A DNA stretch of 64,000 nucleotides, taken from assembly GCA_902540655.1 (NCBI GenBank), contig CACBNQ010000003.1:8599-72598 (forward strand), written 5' to 3'. This document shows, piece after piece, positions 1 to 9,344 of the stretch. The translations under genes and the position numbers were made by a program. Each line of letters begins with the position of its first letter. Positions within the stretch are counted from its first letter, which is position 1. The DNA is from an uncultured Alphaproteobacteria bacterium (GTDB lineage Bacteria > Pseudomonadota > Alphaproteobacteria > Rhodobacterales > Rhodobacteraceae). The notes below the pieces were generated by a model that saw only the letters and a program-made list of their open reading frames with translations, made no database searches and had not been told where the DNA came from.

Positions 1-18
1 ATAACGCTGTTTAACTCA

Positions 19-1095
19 TTGACGTTTTTCTTGCTGACAGTTGCATTATTTGCTTTTTCAGTTCCATCATTCACACAAGAGTACAAAGTTAAGAAAGTTG
101 GAAAAGCTTTCTCTCATCCCTGGGGTATTTCTGTTTTTGATAATGACGAAGTTTTACTCACTGAGAGAGGAGGAAACCTGTTTAAGGTAAATATAAAAAA
201 TGGTTCAAGATTAAAAATCAGTAACTTACCAGAGGTTTTTAACGTCAGGCAAGGTGGTCTTTTAGACGTACTGGTTGATAAAGAGTCGGTGTCTGAGAGA
301 AAGGTTTATATTTGTTACTCATCTAAGGTTTCTGGAGGCTCCTCTACCACTTTGATGGCTGGGACCTTAAAAGAAGATAAACTCATCTCAAAAAAAATAC
401 TATTTAAATCTAATAATGTTTCGGAGTCAGGAGTCCATTTCGGGTGTAGGTTAGCAATTCTGAATGACGAAATTTTTATGTCTATTGGAGATAGAGGAAA
501 TAGATACGAAGCCCAAGATGCAAACTCTCATGCTGGCTCAGTCATCAGGGTAAATAAATATGATGGTTCTACCAGGGAACAGAAGCCCCACGATAGCTGG
601 CCCGCGGAAGTGTATACAAAGGGGCATAGAAATCCTCAAGGAATGGCAATAAATAGTAAGACCAATGAAATTTGGGTTAATGAACATGGTCCAAAAGGTG
701 GAGATGAAATCAATGTGTTGAAGCCAGGGAAAAACTACGGTTGGCCAATCGTGACTTATGGCGAAGAATATTGGGGCGGAAAGATAGGGCAGGGGATAAC
801 TTCATTAGATGGTTTTGAGAATCCCTTATGGTATTGGGTGCCTTCAATTGCACCATCAGGCATGATATTTTATGACAAAAATATGTTTCCTGAATTCAAT
901 GGGCACTTGTTAGTATCTTCACTTAAGTTTAAAAGCCTTTATGTAGTTAAATTAGAAAACGAGTTACCCCAAAAAGAGCTAGTGTTGTTTAAAAAACGGT
1001 TTGGTAGAATTAGGGATATTGAACAACTTAATGACGGCAGTATTCTTATTATTTCTGATGAAAAGAAGGGCGGGTTGTACAGAATATATAGATAA
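19..1095 (+). CDS. PQQ-dependent sugar (glucose/sorbosone) dehydrogenase family protein, exported
   Basis: N-terminal hydrophobic signal-like segment (FFLLTVALFAFSVPSF). Motifs GHRNPQGMA, GPKGGDEIN and GKNYGWP are typical of the soluble aldose sugar dehydrogenase (YliI) and sorbosone dehydrogenase beta-propeller family. The track start is TTG and the gene could extend off the window. Confidence 0.8.
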   Translation: MTFFLLTVALFAFSVPSFTQEYKVKKVGKAFSHPWGISVFDNDEVLLTERGGNLFKVNIKNGSRLKISNLPEVFNVRQGGLLDVLVDKESVSERKVYICYSSKVSGGSSTTLMAGTLKEDKLISKKILFKSNNVSESGVHFGCRLAILNDEIFMSIGDRGNRYEAQDANSHAGSVIRVNKYDGSTREQKPHDSWPAEVYTKGHRNPQGMAINSKTNEIWVNEHGPKGGDEINVLKPGKNYGWPIVTYGEEYWGGKIGQGITSLDGFENPLWYWVPSIAPSGMIFYDKNMFPEFNGHLLVSSLKFKSLYVVKLENELPQKELVLFKKRFGRIRDIEQLNDGSILIISDEKKGGLYRIYR

Positions 1096-1098
1096 AAG

Positions 1099-1695
1099 TT
1101 ACGGGTTCTTCTTTGTAATTATATCTCTTAATTCTTCAATTTGTTGCCTTAAGGAATCTATTTCTTCCACATTACTATTATCTTTTGACACACTGGAGTT
1201 AGATGGCTCTTCAGCTCTCTTTTCTTTAAATAGGGGATTGTTAAGCCAAGGCTGCATCATCTTTTCCATTATTTCAGCCTGACTTTTTTGCCACTCTTCA
1301 AAAAAAACGGCACTGTTTTCGCTAGACTTATTCTCTTTTGCCGGTGAGTTAAATGCTTTTAAAAAACTCTGTTGTTGCTGGTGAAATACTTCGAATGTTT
1401 TTGATAATATCTCAGGCATGAATTTTTGGGCTGTATTGTTATAACTTAGAATTATCTCTTTTAACACATCTTGAGGAAACACATTACCCTCTTTATTTTC
1501 GAGGTCTGATATTATCTGTAGCAAATATTGATTGGTAATATCTTTTCCAGAGTCCTTATCTATGATCTTAAAATTTTTCCCTTCGTTTATAAGCCTACAG
1601 AGATCATCTAATGTTACATATTCGCTAGAATTGGTATTGTATAAGCGTCTGCTGCTATACTTATTGATGATTATTGTATCTGAATCACTATCCAT
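1099..1695 (-). CDS. phaR: Polyhydroxyalkanoate synthesis repressor PhaR
   Basis: N-terminal INKYSSRRLYNT..YVTLDDL block matches the PhaR DNA-binding signature (IKKYPNRRLYDT in the Cupriavidus protein). Sits next to the phasin gene and phaC. The track ORF starts at TTG 1713; ATG at 1695 is preferred. Confidence 0.85.
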   Translation of the reverse strand: MDSDSDTIIINKYSSRRLYNTNSSEYVTLDDLCRLINEGKNFKIIDKDSGKDITNQYLLQIISDLENKEGNVFPQDVLKEIILSYNNTAQKFMPEILSKTFEVFHQQQQSFLKAFNSPAKENKSSENSAVFFEEWQKSQAEIMEKMMQPWLNNPLFKEKRAEEPSNSSVSKDNSNVEEIDSLRQQIEELRDIITKKNP

Positions 1696-1735
1696 AATGT
1701 TGTATTTTATCAACTAGATGATATTTTGATAAGTC

Positions 1736-1761
1736 AAAAAAAATGGCCGCTAAGCGACCAT
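1736..1761 (-). terminator. Rho-independent terminator downstream of the phasin gene
   Basis: Minus strand reads AUGGUCGC-UUA-GCGGCCAU: an 8-bp stem with one G.U pair and a 3-nt loop, followed by U8 (plus-strand A run 1736-1743). The plus-strand version has a C.A mismatch, so the structure is minus-strand specific. Lies between the phaP stop (1788) and the phaR start. Confidence 0.65.
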
Positions 1762-1787
1762 TTTAGGAGGAAATTTTTACGTAAAGT

Positions 1788-2195
1788 CTACTCTTTCGGA
1801 GACGAAGCTTTCTTTGTCACGTTGGTAAGCTCTTCCTGGGCATCTTTTCCGGCCTTCATCATCAAATCTATTGTTTCTAGCTGGGCCTTTTTAGCCACCT
1901 CTGCAAACTCTGCTATATGCTTTGGTGTGCTTTGGGTTTGTGAGCTCACGTAATCAGTGGCAATCTTCATAAAATCTTCAGGTTTTTCAGTACTTTTAAC
2001 AAAGGGGTCTAAGGCCGATAAACTTTCCTTTGCCCATGTCTGTGACAGCTCACTATTCTTTTTTACTGTGTCTAAAGCTATCTTCCCAAATTTTGAGTTA
2101 TAATCCATTATGGATTTCATTGCTTCATCGATTTTTATAGGGCTTTGTGACATCATTTTTTCAAAATTCTTAGTATAATCTTCAAAATTAAACAT
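1788..2195 (-). CDS. phaP: Phasin family protein (PHA granule-associated)
   Basis: Small, helical, Lys/Glu/Ala-rich protein between phaC and phaR. ATG at 2195 is preceded by AAGGAG (2207-2202). The track ORF extends to 2270, but the ATG with a Shine-Dalgarno is preferred. Confidence 0.7.
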   Translation of the reverse strand: MFNFEDYTKNFEKMMSQSPIKIDEAMKSIMDYNSKFGKIALDTVKKNSELSQTWAKESLSALDPFVKSTEKPEDFMKIATDYVSSQTQSTPKHIAEFAEVAKKAQLETIDLMMKAGKDAQEELTNVTKKASSPKE

Positions 2196-2212
2196 TTTCT
2201 GCTCCTTTTTAT

Positions 2213-2255
2213 ATGCGGATACAGCAATATATGCTGCATTTGCATAAAATGTCAA
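2213..2255 (-). promoter_or_regulatory. phaP promoter (TTGACA-N18-TATATT) overlapped by a TGC-rich palindrome, candidate PhaR operator
   Basis: Minus strand: TTGACA (2255-2250), an 18-nt spacer, then TATATT (2231-2226). CAGCA-atata-TGCTG (2222-2236) is nested in ATGC...GCAT (2213-2245). Confidence 0.45.
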
Positions 2256-2278
2256 TATATTTTTTTGCAATCGCAGAA

Positions 2279-4084
2279 TTACTTGTAATTTTTCATAACG
2301 TATTTGCCGGGTGCCAGCCCCAAAGAGGGATAGTCTTTATGAGAACCAGGCACATATGCTTTTTCATGGGAGCTAGATCTAGCTTTGATCCAGGTAGACC
2401 AATAGGGCCACCAAGATCCCTCATGTCGATCTGCAGTCTTAAACCAATCGTCGGGATCCGAAAATGATTTCGAGTTTGTCCAATAGCCATATTTCTTACT
2501 ATATGCTGGATTAATTATACCTGCAATATGTCCACTACCAGCTAAGACAAACCTTTTGTTACCTGAGGACTTATTTAAACCATAGAAGGATGATCGCCAA
2601 GGAGCAATATGATCAGTGTGCGTCGCTACAACGAAAATAGGTATATCAATGTATTTGAGTGAAAGCCTTTCCCCTATTAATGTTAATTCGCCTCTTGACA
2701 GTTGATTTTCTTTGTAAAAATTATTCAAATATTCCAGTGCCATTTTTCCAGGTAAATTGGTAGAATCTCCGTTCCAATAGAGCAAATCAAAACGAGGGGG
2801 CTTTTTCCCCATTAAATATGATCGAACAGCGGGCCCATAAACTAAATCATTTGAGCGTAAAAAACTGAAAGTTTGAGCAAGAAACGACCCTTCCATATAC
2901 CCTACCTTTTCGATTTGTCGATTTATCTCATCTAGATATTCATCTGTAATAAATAATGACAAATCTCCGGGGTCTTCAAAATCGGTTAGCGTAGTAAAAA
3001 AAGTTGCAGAATTAACGAAGTTTTCACCCTTTTTGCAAAGGTAAGATAAGGCCGTAGCTAAAAGTGTTCCTCCTATGCAGTATCCTATGCAATTTATTTT
3101 TTCCTGCTCTGTAATAGCTTTAACTACTTTTGAGGCTTCAAAAAAGCCTTTTTCAATATAATCTGTGAAATTAACCTCAGTATGCTCCTTACCAGGATTT
3201 ACCCAGGAGATAATAAACGTTGAAATGCCTTGTTCTACTGCGAATTTAACGAAACTATTTCTAGGTTGAAGGTCTAAATTATAAAACTTGTTTATCCAAG
3301 GAGGAACAATGAGTAGGGGAGTCTTTGAAACCGTCTCCGTAAGTGGCTTATAGTGTATTAACTCAAATAAATCATTTCTGAAAATAACCCGACCTTCAGT
3401 AATAGCAAGATTTTCTCCTACTTCAAATGCCTGTGTGTCTGTCAGGGATACTGTTAGATCACCAGTACTATTTTCTACATCAGTTACAAGATTTTCGAGA
3501 CCGTCAACCAAAGACTTTCCATTAGTTTCAAGAGCTTGTGTTAGAGCTTCGGGATTAGTTCCTAGAAAATTAGAAGGAGAAAAAAACTCAATCATCTGTT
3601 TGGTAAAAAAACTTATTTGCTTTTTATCAGACTTGCTCAATCCATCTAAATCATCAATTGTTTCTTCAATGATCTTTGACGATATAGTGTAATGCTGTTT
3701 TATTAGTTTAAAGTATAGGTTTTCATCCCAACCCTGATCAGTCTTTTCAGGCTCCTTATTTTGATCTTTTTTGGAACCAGCACTTTTAAGAATGTCATTT
3801 TGGATACTTGTCCAATTTTCCAAAGTCGACTTATAATATTTAACTTGATTTTCAATAAGCTTCGTTGGATTAGACAAAATCTCTGAAAAATATTTTGCAG
3901 AAGCTTTATAATATAACTCTTGAGAAGGTTGAGTTTTAACCTCAGGATCAGGTGTTTTAGAAGATAAAGCTATTACTAGTCGCTTTGTAAGCGTGTCTAT
4001 TTTGTCAAAATTGTTGAGTAATTCCTTGTATTCTTTCGGACCTACAGCAACGTCATCTTTCAGATTTTTGTTTTCTTCTTGCAC
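2279..4084 (-). CDS. phaC: Class I poly(R)-hydroxyalkanoic acid synthase PhaC
   Basis: 601 aa. Lipase-box-like GYCIGGT with the catalytic Cys. The PPWINKFY(N/I)LDL block and alpha/beta-hydrolase C-terminal half are typical of class I PhaC. Confidence 0.95.
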   Translation of the reverse strand: MQEENKNLKDDVAVGPKEYKELLNNFDKIDTLTKRLVIALSSKTPDPEVKTQPSQELYYKASAKYFSEILSNPTKLIENQVKYYKSTLENWTSIQNDILKSAGSKKDQNKEPEKTDQGWDENLYFKLIKQHYTISSKIIEETIDDLDGLSKSDKKQISFFTKQMIEFFSPSNFLGTNPEALTQALETNGKSLVDGLENLVTDVENSTGDLTVSLTDTQAFEVGENLAITEGRVIFRNDLFELIHYKPLTETVSKTPLLIVPPWINKFYNLDLQPRNSFVKFAVEQGISTFIISWVNPGKEHTEVNFTDYIEKGFFEASKVVKAITEQEKINCIGYCIGGTLLATALSYLCKKGENFVNSATFFTTLTDFEDPGDLSLFITDEYLDEINRQIEKVGYMEGSFLAQTFSFLRSNDLVYGPAVRSYLMGKKPPRFDLLYWNGDSTNLPGKMALEYLNNFYKENQLSRGELTLIGERLSLKYIDIPIFVVATHTDHIAPWRSSFYGLNKSSGNKRFVLAGSGHIAGIINPAYSKKYGYWTNSKSFSDPDDWFKTADRHEGSWWPYWSTWIKARSSSHEKAYVPGSHKDYPSLGLAPGKYVMKNYK

Positions 4085-4149
4085 TTTAATTGCTATCGTT
4101 ATTAATAGAGTAGATATAAAACCTTAATTTTAAAAAGCTAGTAAAAACT

Positions 4150-5376
4150 ATGCTATTACCTACATACGACTATTTCGAAAATTTAAGACAATACAATAAG
4201 TGGGTCGCGTCAACAACAAGAGCTTTTTGGGAAAATCCATTATTTGGTTTGTACCCAAGTCCTATTCCTTCAACTCTTGCAGCGTGGGGAAAGGTAACTG
4301 AGCACAGCTTATCAAGAATTACGTCTAAGCCTGACTGGGGAATAGACTCTGTTATTTCGGACGGGATTGAGTATCTTGTAGCGTTAGAGACAATTAAAGA
4401 ACTTCCTTTTTGTAATCTGATTAAATTTAAGAGCACACGACGAAAGAAAATAGATCGAAAAGTGCTAATCATTGCTCCAATGTCTGGACATTACGCAACG
4501 TTGACTAGAAATACTGTTATTTCTCTTCTTCCTAACTGTGATGTGTATGTGACTGACTGGATAAATGCCCGAGATGTTCCTTTTTCTGCAGGTAAGTTCG
4601 ATATTGAAGATTTTACAAAGTACTTGGTAGATTTTTTTCGTGATCTATCGCCAGACCTCAATGTTATGGCTGTTTGCCAACCAGCTCCTCTTGCGCTCGC
4701 AGCTGCAGCGATTACTTCAGAAAGATTTCCTGAATTTAATCCAAAATCACTTACTTTGATAGGTGGGCCAATCGATCCTGATGCCAATCCAACAGATGTC
4801 ACGGACTTTGGTCGCAGAACCTCGATGGAGGCACTTGAATCAACTGTAACCATGCCGGTCGGCTTGAATTATAAAGGAGTAGGACGTGAAGTATATCCAG
4901 GAGCAATCCAATTAGCGTCATTTATGGCAATGAACCAGGAGACTCATAGTAAAGCTTTTATCGATCAAATTGAAAAGGAAGCCGCCGGTCAAGCATCAGA
5001 ATACGATAGACATAACAAATTTTATGACGAATATCTAGCGGTTATGGATATGACAGCTGAATTTTATCTCTCGACAGTAGATAGGATATTTAAAAAGCGA
5101 GAGATCGCTAAGAATGAGTTTTCTATTGATGAACAACCTGTTGATCTTAGAAAAATCACTACCATTCCAACATTTATCATTGAAGGCACTAACGATGATA
5201 TTTCAGCACCTGGTCAATGCTCTGCAGCTTTAAATATTTTGAATAAGTTACCAAAAAATATGAAGTTTTCACATATACAAGATGGGGCAGGTCACTATGG
5301 TATTTTTAGTGGAAAGGCTTGGCGAACAGAGATACGGCCACTTTTTCTTGAATTTATAGATAATAAATTCAGTTAA
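4150..5376 (+). CDS. phaZ: Intracellular polyhydroxyalkanoate (PHB) depolymerase PhaZ
   Basis: Blocks PFCNLIKFK, APMSGHYATL, YVTDWINAR, VCQP, GGPIDP, FYDEYLAVMDMTAEFYL, EG.NDDIS and GHYGIFSG are colinear with the Cupriavidus PhaZa1-type intracellular depolymerase as I recall it. Confidence 0.9.
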   Translation: MLLPTYDYFENLRQYNKWVASTTRAFWENPLFGLYPSPIPSTLAAWGKVTEHSLSRITSKPDWGIDSVISDGIEYLVALETIKELPFCNLIKFKSTRRKKIDRKVLIIAPMSGHYATLTRNTVISLLPNCDVYVTDWINARDVPFSAGKFDIEDFTKYLVDFFRDLSPDLNVMAVCQPAPLALAAAAITSERFPEFNPKSLTLIGGPIDPDANPTDVTDFGRRTSMEALESTVTMPVGLNYKGVGREVYPGAIQLASFMAMNQETHSKAFIDQIEKEAAGQASEYDRHNKFYDEYLAVMDMTAEFYLSTVDRIFKKREIAKNEFSIDEQPVDLRKITTIPTFIIEGTNDDISAPGQCSAALNILNKLPKNMKFSHIQDGAGHYGIFSGKAWRTEIRPLFLEFIDNKFS

Positions 5377-5389
5377 TTTAAAAATTGGA

Positions 5390-5722
5390 TTATTCTTCAG
5401 GGTTTATAAGCTTTTGATCTTTAATATTGTCAGCTGTAACAAAACGCTGCATCTCAGAAGGCATAGTTATCATTAGTTCGTGATATCCTCCTTTATCAAG
5501 CGCGTCCATAATATCATCTGCACTATCGGCATACCAATGACAGAAAAAAAAATCTTCTTTTCCCATCCAATGAGCTAGTGTCTCAGCCTTGTCAGTTTTG
5601 ACTGAGTCAAAAAATTCTTGTTCAGTCATATTAGAAGTGAATTCAGTACCTTGTTTTTTCGCATCCTCATTTAACCAAGTATGCGTACAAATGAAATGTT
5701 TTTTTCCCATTATATCTCCCAA
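5390..5722 (-). CDS. Hypothetical small protein
   Basis: 110-aa ORF convergent with phaZ (13-nt gap). Codon usage looks consistent with its neighbours. No motif that I can assign. Confidence 0.45.
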   Translation of the reverse strand: MGDIMGKKHFICTHTWLNEDAKKQGTEFTSNMTEQEFFDSVKTDKAETLAHWMGKEDFFFCHWYADSADDIMDALDKGGYHELMITMPSEMQRFVTADNIKDQKLINPEE

Positions 5723-5825
5723 GCTTTTAATAATAGATTACGAAAAAACGTGATTAAATCAAATTAAATAGGCTGGAAAATAAGAGTAGTCTATAATATC
5801 TAAATAAAACTTAGAGTAATAAGAT

Positions 5826-7343
5826 ATGTCTAGTGAAATTAAAGCTACAATTCCTGGTGCTTCGCTTGCATCAACAATAAAAGTACTAGCGGGGCTTGGT
5901 CCACTTGGTGAAAAAGTTTTAAAGCAAAATGGAATAAGTGAGATTGATCCAAAAAAAAATTACCCGAGTTCCATTAGACTAAAAATATTTGAGGAGGTAA
6001 GAAGTAGATTTGGTACTGACGCATTATATGCAATTGGTATAGAGCAAGGGCTTTTAATGTTATCTATGCTACCTGATTTTGGTAAGTACATAGATAATTC
6101 TAGAAAAACATACTCGATGAGATCGGTGTCTTCAAACAATAGAACTAGAAATTTCAACTTTATAGATGAAACTTTGCCTGGGCTACAAAAAATTACAAAT
6201 GATTACATGGGGCAATTTCGTAGCAATAAGCTAAAAGGTGATATAGGTTTCAAACGTATATCAGAAGATACATGGGAAATGGCATTTGTTCTCGCTCAGC
6301 CATTGAAAAATTGGAAATTTGGAATTGGAAATTATCATATTTTTCTTATTAACCTTTTTGGCGATTTGTTCGATATTGATTATAAACTTGATGAAAAAAG
6401 TGAAGATATTGATGATGGTTGGTCAAGTGGAGCTTTTATCCTCAAATTTTTACCAAATGAGACTTTAAGGGATCAGAAAGAGATAATCGCAAATACAAGA
6501 CTTAAAGCGCATGAAGGTCTCATGAAAGCTGTTTTAGAGGATGCTGAACGAAAAAAAGAGGAAACCGAGAGGTTATCTGTAAATTTGGCTAAATACCTTC
6601 CTCCGCAAGTCCACGAAGCAATTTTTTCTGGTGAATTTGATACTGGAATTACTACAAAAAGACGTAAATTAACTATTTTTTTTAGTGATATCTCAAATTT
6701 TACATCTACCTCGGAAGGTCTTCAACCGGAAGATCTAACAAGGTATCTTAATGAATACTTTTCAGAGATGACTGATATTGCGCTCGATCACGGTGCAACA
6801 ATTGATAAATATATAGGAGACGCAATGATGGTATTTTTTGGTGACCCAGACAGTAAGGGGGAACAAGAAGATGCAAGAGCATGCGTTAAAATGGCATTGA
6901 AAATGCGCGATAGAATATCTGATTTACAAGATAAATGGCAAAAACAAGGTTTTGCAGATCCATTCGTGATTAGGATGGGCATGAATACTGGTTATTGTAA
7001 CGTAGGTAACTTTGGAAGCGACCAACGGCTTACTTATACAATTATTGGTAGTGAAGTAAATGTTGCTCAACGCTTGGAGGCATCAGCACAGCCAGGAGGG
7101 ATATTGATGTCTTATGAAACATACGCACACGCTCAGGACTTGATAGAAGTAGAGCAACTAAATAGCATTTCGATGAAAGGAGTAAAAAGAGAAATTAAAG
7201 TATTTTCGGTTTTAAATGAAATTAGACAGAGAAATAATAGAAAAGAATCTTCTCATAAAATAAAGAATGTTCCAGAAAGGATAGCGGATAGGCTGGATGC
7301 TCTCGAAACCAAAATTGAAGAGATTTTGGATCGGATAAAATGA
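5826..7343 (+). CDS. Class III adenylate/guanylate cyclase with an uncharacterised ~270-aa N-terminal domain
   Basis: C-terminal catalytic domain motifs FFSDISNFTS, IGDAMMVFFGDP, RMGMNTGYCNVGNFG and IIGSEVNVAQRLE. A coiled-coil linker precedes them. The N-terminal domain (IPGASLASTIKVLAGLGPLGEKVLK...) has no predicted TM segments and is not recognised. Confidence 0.9.
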   Translation: MSSEIKATIPGASLASTIKVLAGLGPLGEKVLKQNGISEIDPKKNYPSSIRLKIFEEVRSRFGTDALYAIGIEQGLLMLSMLPDFGKYIDNSRKTYSMRSVSSNNRTRNFNFIDETLPGLQKITNDYMGQFRSNKLKGDIGFKRISEDTWEMAFVLAQPLKNWKFGIGNYHIFLINLFGDLFDIDYKLDEKSEDIDDGWSSGAFILKFLPNETLRDQKEIIANTRLKAHEGLMKAVLEDAERKKEETERLSVNLAKYLPPQVHEAIFSGEFDTGITTKRRKLTIFFSDISNFTSTSEGLQPEDLTRYLNEYFSEMTDIALDHGATIDKYIGDAMMVFFGDPDSKGEQEDARACVKMALKMRDRISDLQDKWQKQGFADPFVIRMGMNTGYCNVGNFGSDQRLTYTIIGSEVNVAQRLEASAQPGGILMSYETYAHAQDLIEVEQLNSISMKGVKREIKVFSVLNEIRQRNNRKESSHKIKNVPERIADRLDALETKIEEILDRIK

Positions 7344-8902
7344 GCACACCCGCCATCAAAACAATAAATGAAATGAAGATACCAGGAGCCGCGCTAGCTT
7401 CCACGATAAAAGTGCTTGCTGGATTAGGGCCTTTGGGAGAAAGGGTTCTTAAAGAGCACGGAATTACTCAAATTGATAATGATAAAGAGTATCCCAGTCA
7501 TCTAAGAGCAAGAATTTTTGAGGAGATAAGAACCCGTTTCGGGAAAGAAGCACTTTATGCTATTGGGCTTGAACAAGGTATTTTAATGCTTTCAATAGTA
7601 CCTTCAATTGGCAAATTTATAGACGATTTCAGGATAAAATATAAAAAAGAGCTTTTAGATCACTCTAATTTCTCTAAAAACCTCAAGATTTTAGATCAAA
7701 CTCTGCCAGATTGGGAAAAAATAACAAATGATTACCTTGGGCAAATGCACAATGATAAAGTGCGATCTAAATTAAATTTTATAAAGATAGGTCCAGGTAA
7801 ATACGACGTGCCGGTTATAAGCTCTCAAGTAGTTGAAAATAACAATTTTTTTGAAGCCAACTATTCAGTTTTTTTGATAAGTATGTTTTCAGAACTCTTC
7901 GACATTAAAATGGCTATCGATGAAGAAAATAGTGAGGATATGGATAACGGTTTCAGCAGATACCAATATACAATAACTTTTAATCAACTACAAAAAACAA
8001 GGAACCATAAAGAACATTTAGCTGAAATCAGGTTTGATGCAAATCAACTTCTTTTGAGAAGGGTATTAGAGGAAGCAGAACAGCAAAAAAATCTAGTTCA
8101 AAAACAAAAAGAAGATACAGAAAAACTGTCTTCAAAACTAGGTAAGTATTTACCGCCTCAAATTCATAATGCGCTGTTTTCTGGCCAATTTGATACTGGA
8201 ATCGCAACCAAAAGAAAAAAACTAACTATTTTTTTTAGCGATATAAAAAACTTCACATCTTCATCGGAAGGTTTACAACCGGAAGATTTAACTAAATATC
8301 TAAATGAGTATTTCTCTGAAATGACTGACATAGCGCTTACTTATGGAGCAACGATAGATAAATATATTGGTGATGCGATGATGGTATTTTTTGGTGACCC
8401 AGAAAGCAAAGGAGAAAGAGAGGATGCAAGAGCATGTATAAAAATGGCTTTAAATATGCAAAGAAAAATAAAAAGCCTCCAAAGTAAATGGAGAAACGAG
8501 GGGTTTTATGAGCCATTCCAAATTAGAATGGGAATTAATACCGGCTATTGTAATGTCGGAAATTTTGGTAGTGAACAAAGGTTGACGTATACAATTATTG
8601 GAGGAGAGGTAAATATAGCCCAAAGATTAGAGGCTGCCGCGCCGAGTGATGGGATATTAATGTCCTATGAAAGCTATGCTCATGCACAAGATTTAGTCGA
8701 AGTAGATGAATTAAACTCAATTACTATGAAAGGTATTAATAGGGAAATCAAAGTGTTTTCAGTTATTCGTGATCTTAAAACGAAAAAAATAGCAAAAAAT
8801 GAGAGCAAGATATCTCCAATAAAAAGTGAAAGAAATTCACTCGAATTAAGGATAGAAAGGCTAGAAAAACTTATTTCTGAAATGATATCAAAAATAAATT
8901 AA
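7340..8902 (+). CDS. Class III adenylate/guanylate cyclase, tandem paralogue of the preceding gene
   Basis: Same architecture and very similar sequence over the whole length (IPGAALASTIKVLAGLGPLGERVLK...; FFSDIKNFTS; IGDAMMVFFGDP). The start overlaps the upstream stop as ATGA (7340-7343). Confidence 0.9.
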   Translation: MSTPAIKTINEMKIPGAALASTIKVLAGLGPLGERVLKEHGITQIDNDKEYPSHLRARIFEEIRTRFGKEALYAIGLEQGILMLSIVPSIGKFIDDFRIKYKKELLDHSNFSKNLKILDQTLPDWEKITNDYLGQMHNDKVRSKLNFIKIGPGKYDVPVISSQVVENNNFFEANYSVFLISMFSELFDIKMAIDEENSEDMDNGFSRYQYTITFNQLQKTRNHKEHLAEIRFDANQLLLRRVLEEAEQQKNLVQKQKEDTEKLSSKLGKYLPPQIHNALFSGQFDTGIATKRKKLTIFFSDIKNFTSSSEGLQPEDLTKYLNEYFSEMTDIALTYGATIDKYIGDAMMVFFGDPESKGEREDARACIKMALNMQRKIKSLQSKWRNEGFYEPFQIRMGINTGYCNVGNFGSEQRLTYTIIGGEVNIAQRLEAAAPSDGILMSYESYAHAQDLVEVDELNSITMKGINREIKVFSVIRDLKTKKIAKNESKISPIKSERNSLELRIERLEKLISEMISKIN

Positions 8903-9344
8903 AGAGATAACTGTGTAAGTATATGTTTTTATTCTGTTTTGCAATAAATAATTAAAGTAAAAAAATAACATAATATATATTATGCGCCAATTTTACATAA
9001 GCTTAGGTGATTTATCAACCATTAAGTTCTATTACGCCTTCCTTTGGTCTAATGGGAAAAGAAAAATTAAACTCTTTATCTGAACACTTAAAACAAAAAA
9101 TAGTCTATACTTATATAAAACTATTTAAAAATCTTTTCATCCGAATTTACCCATTAATCAACTAAACTTTTTTCAGATACTCAGTACCTGAAGATACTTC
9201 TATTTCGATTAACCTAAAATGACTGGCTCTACTTGGCACGATTATATTAAGGCTAATAAAGGCTGTTTAAATAAAATAAAATTCTCAAAATTGTTTATCG
9301 GGCTTTGCTGATCATTAAAATCAGGTTCTAAACGTGATACACAC

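Noticed and set aside
1001-1282. 93-aa plus-strand ORF overlapping the end of the PQQ dehydrogenase gene and the phaR gene
   Set aside because: It lies entirely inside or antisense to two well-supported genes and its low-complexity sequence looks like out-of-frame translation. It is a shadow ORF. The same reasoning applies to 1532-1717, 1726-1953, 2213-2467, 2293-2490 and 3435-3692.
4491-4853. 120-aa antisense ORF inside phaZ (also 4170-4472)
   Set aside because: It is antisense to a gene with near full-length family colinearity. Its Ser/Gly/Ala-rich composition is typical of antisense frames.
8903-9344. Short ORFs (about 30-33 aa, e.g. MRQFYISLGDLSTIKFYYAFLWSNGKRKIKLFI) and an AGATACT direct repeat in the 442-nt spacer
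   Set aside because: They are too short and unsupported, and the 7-nt repeat is expected by chance in AT-rich DNA. No tRNA-like or known ncRNA signature was seen.
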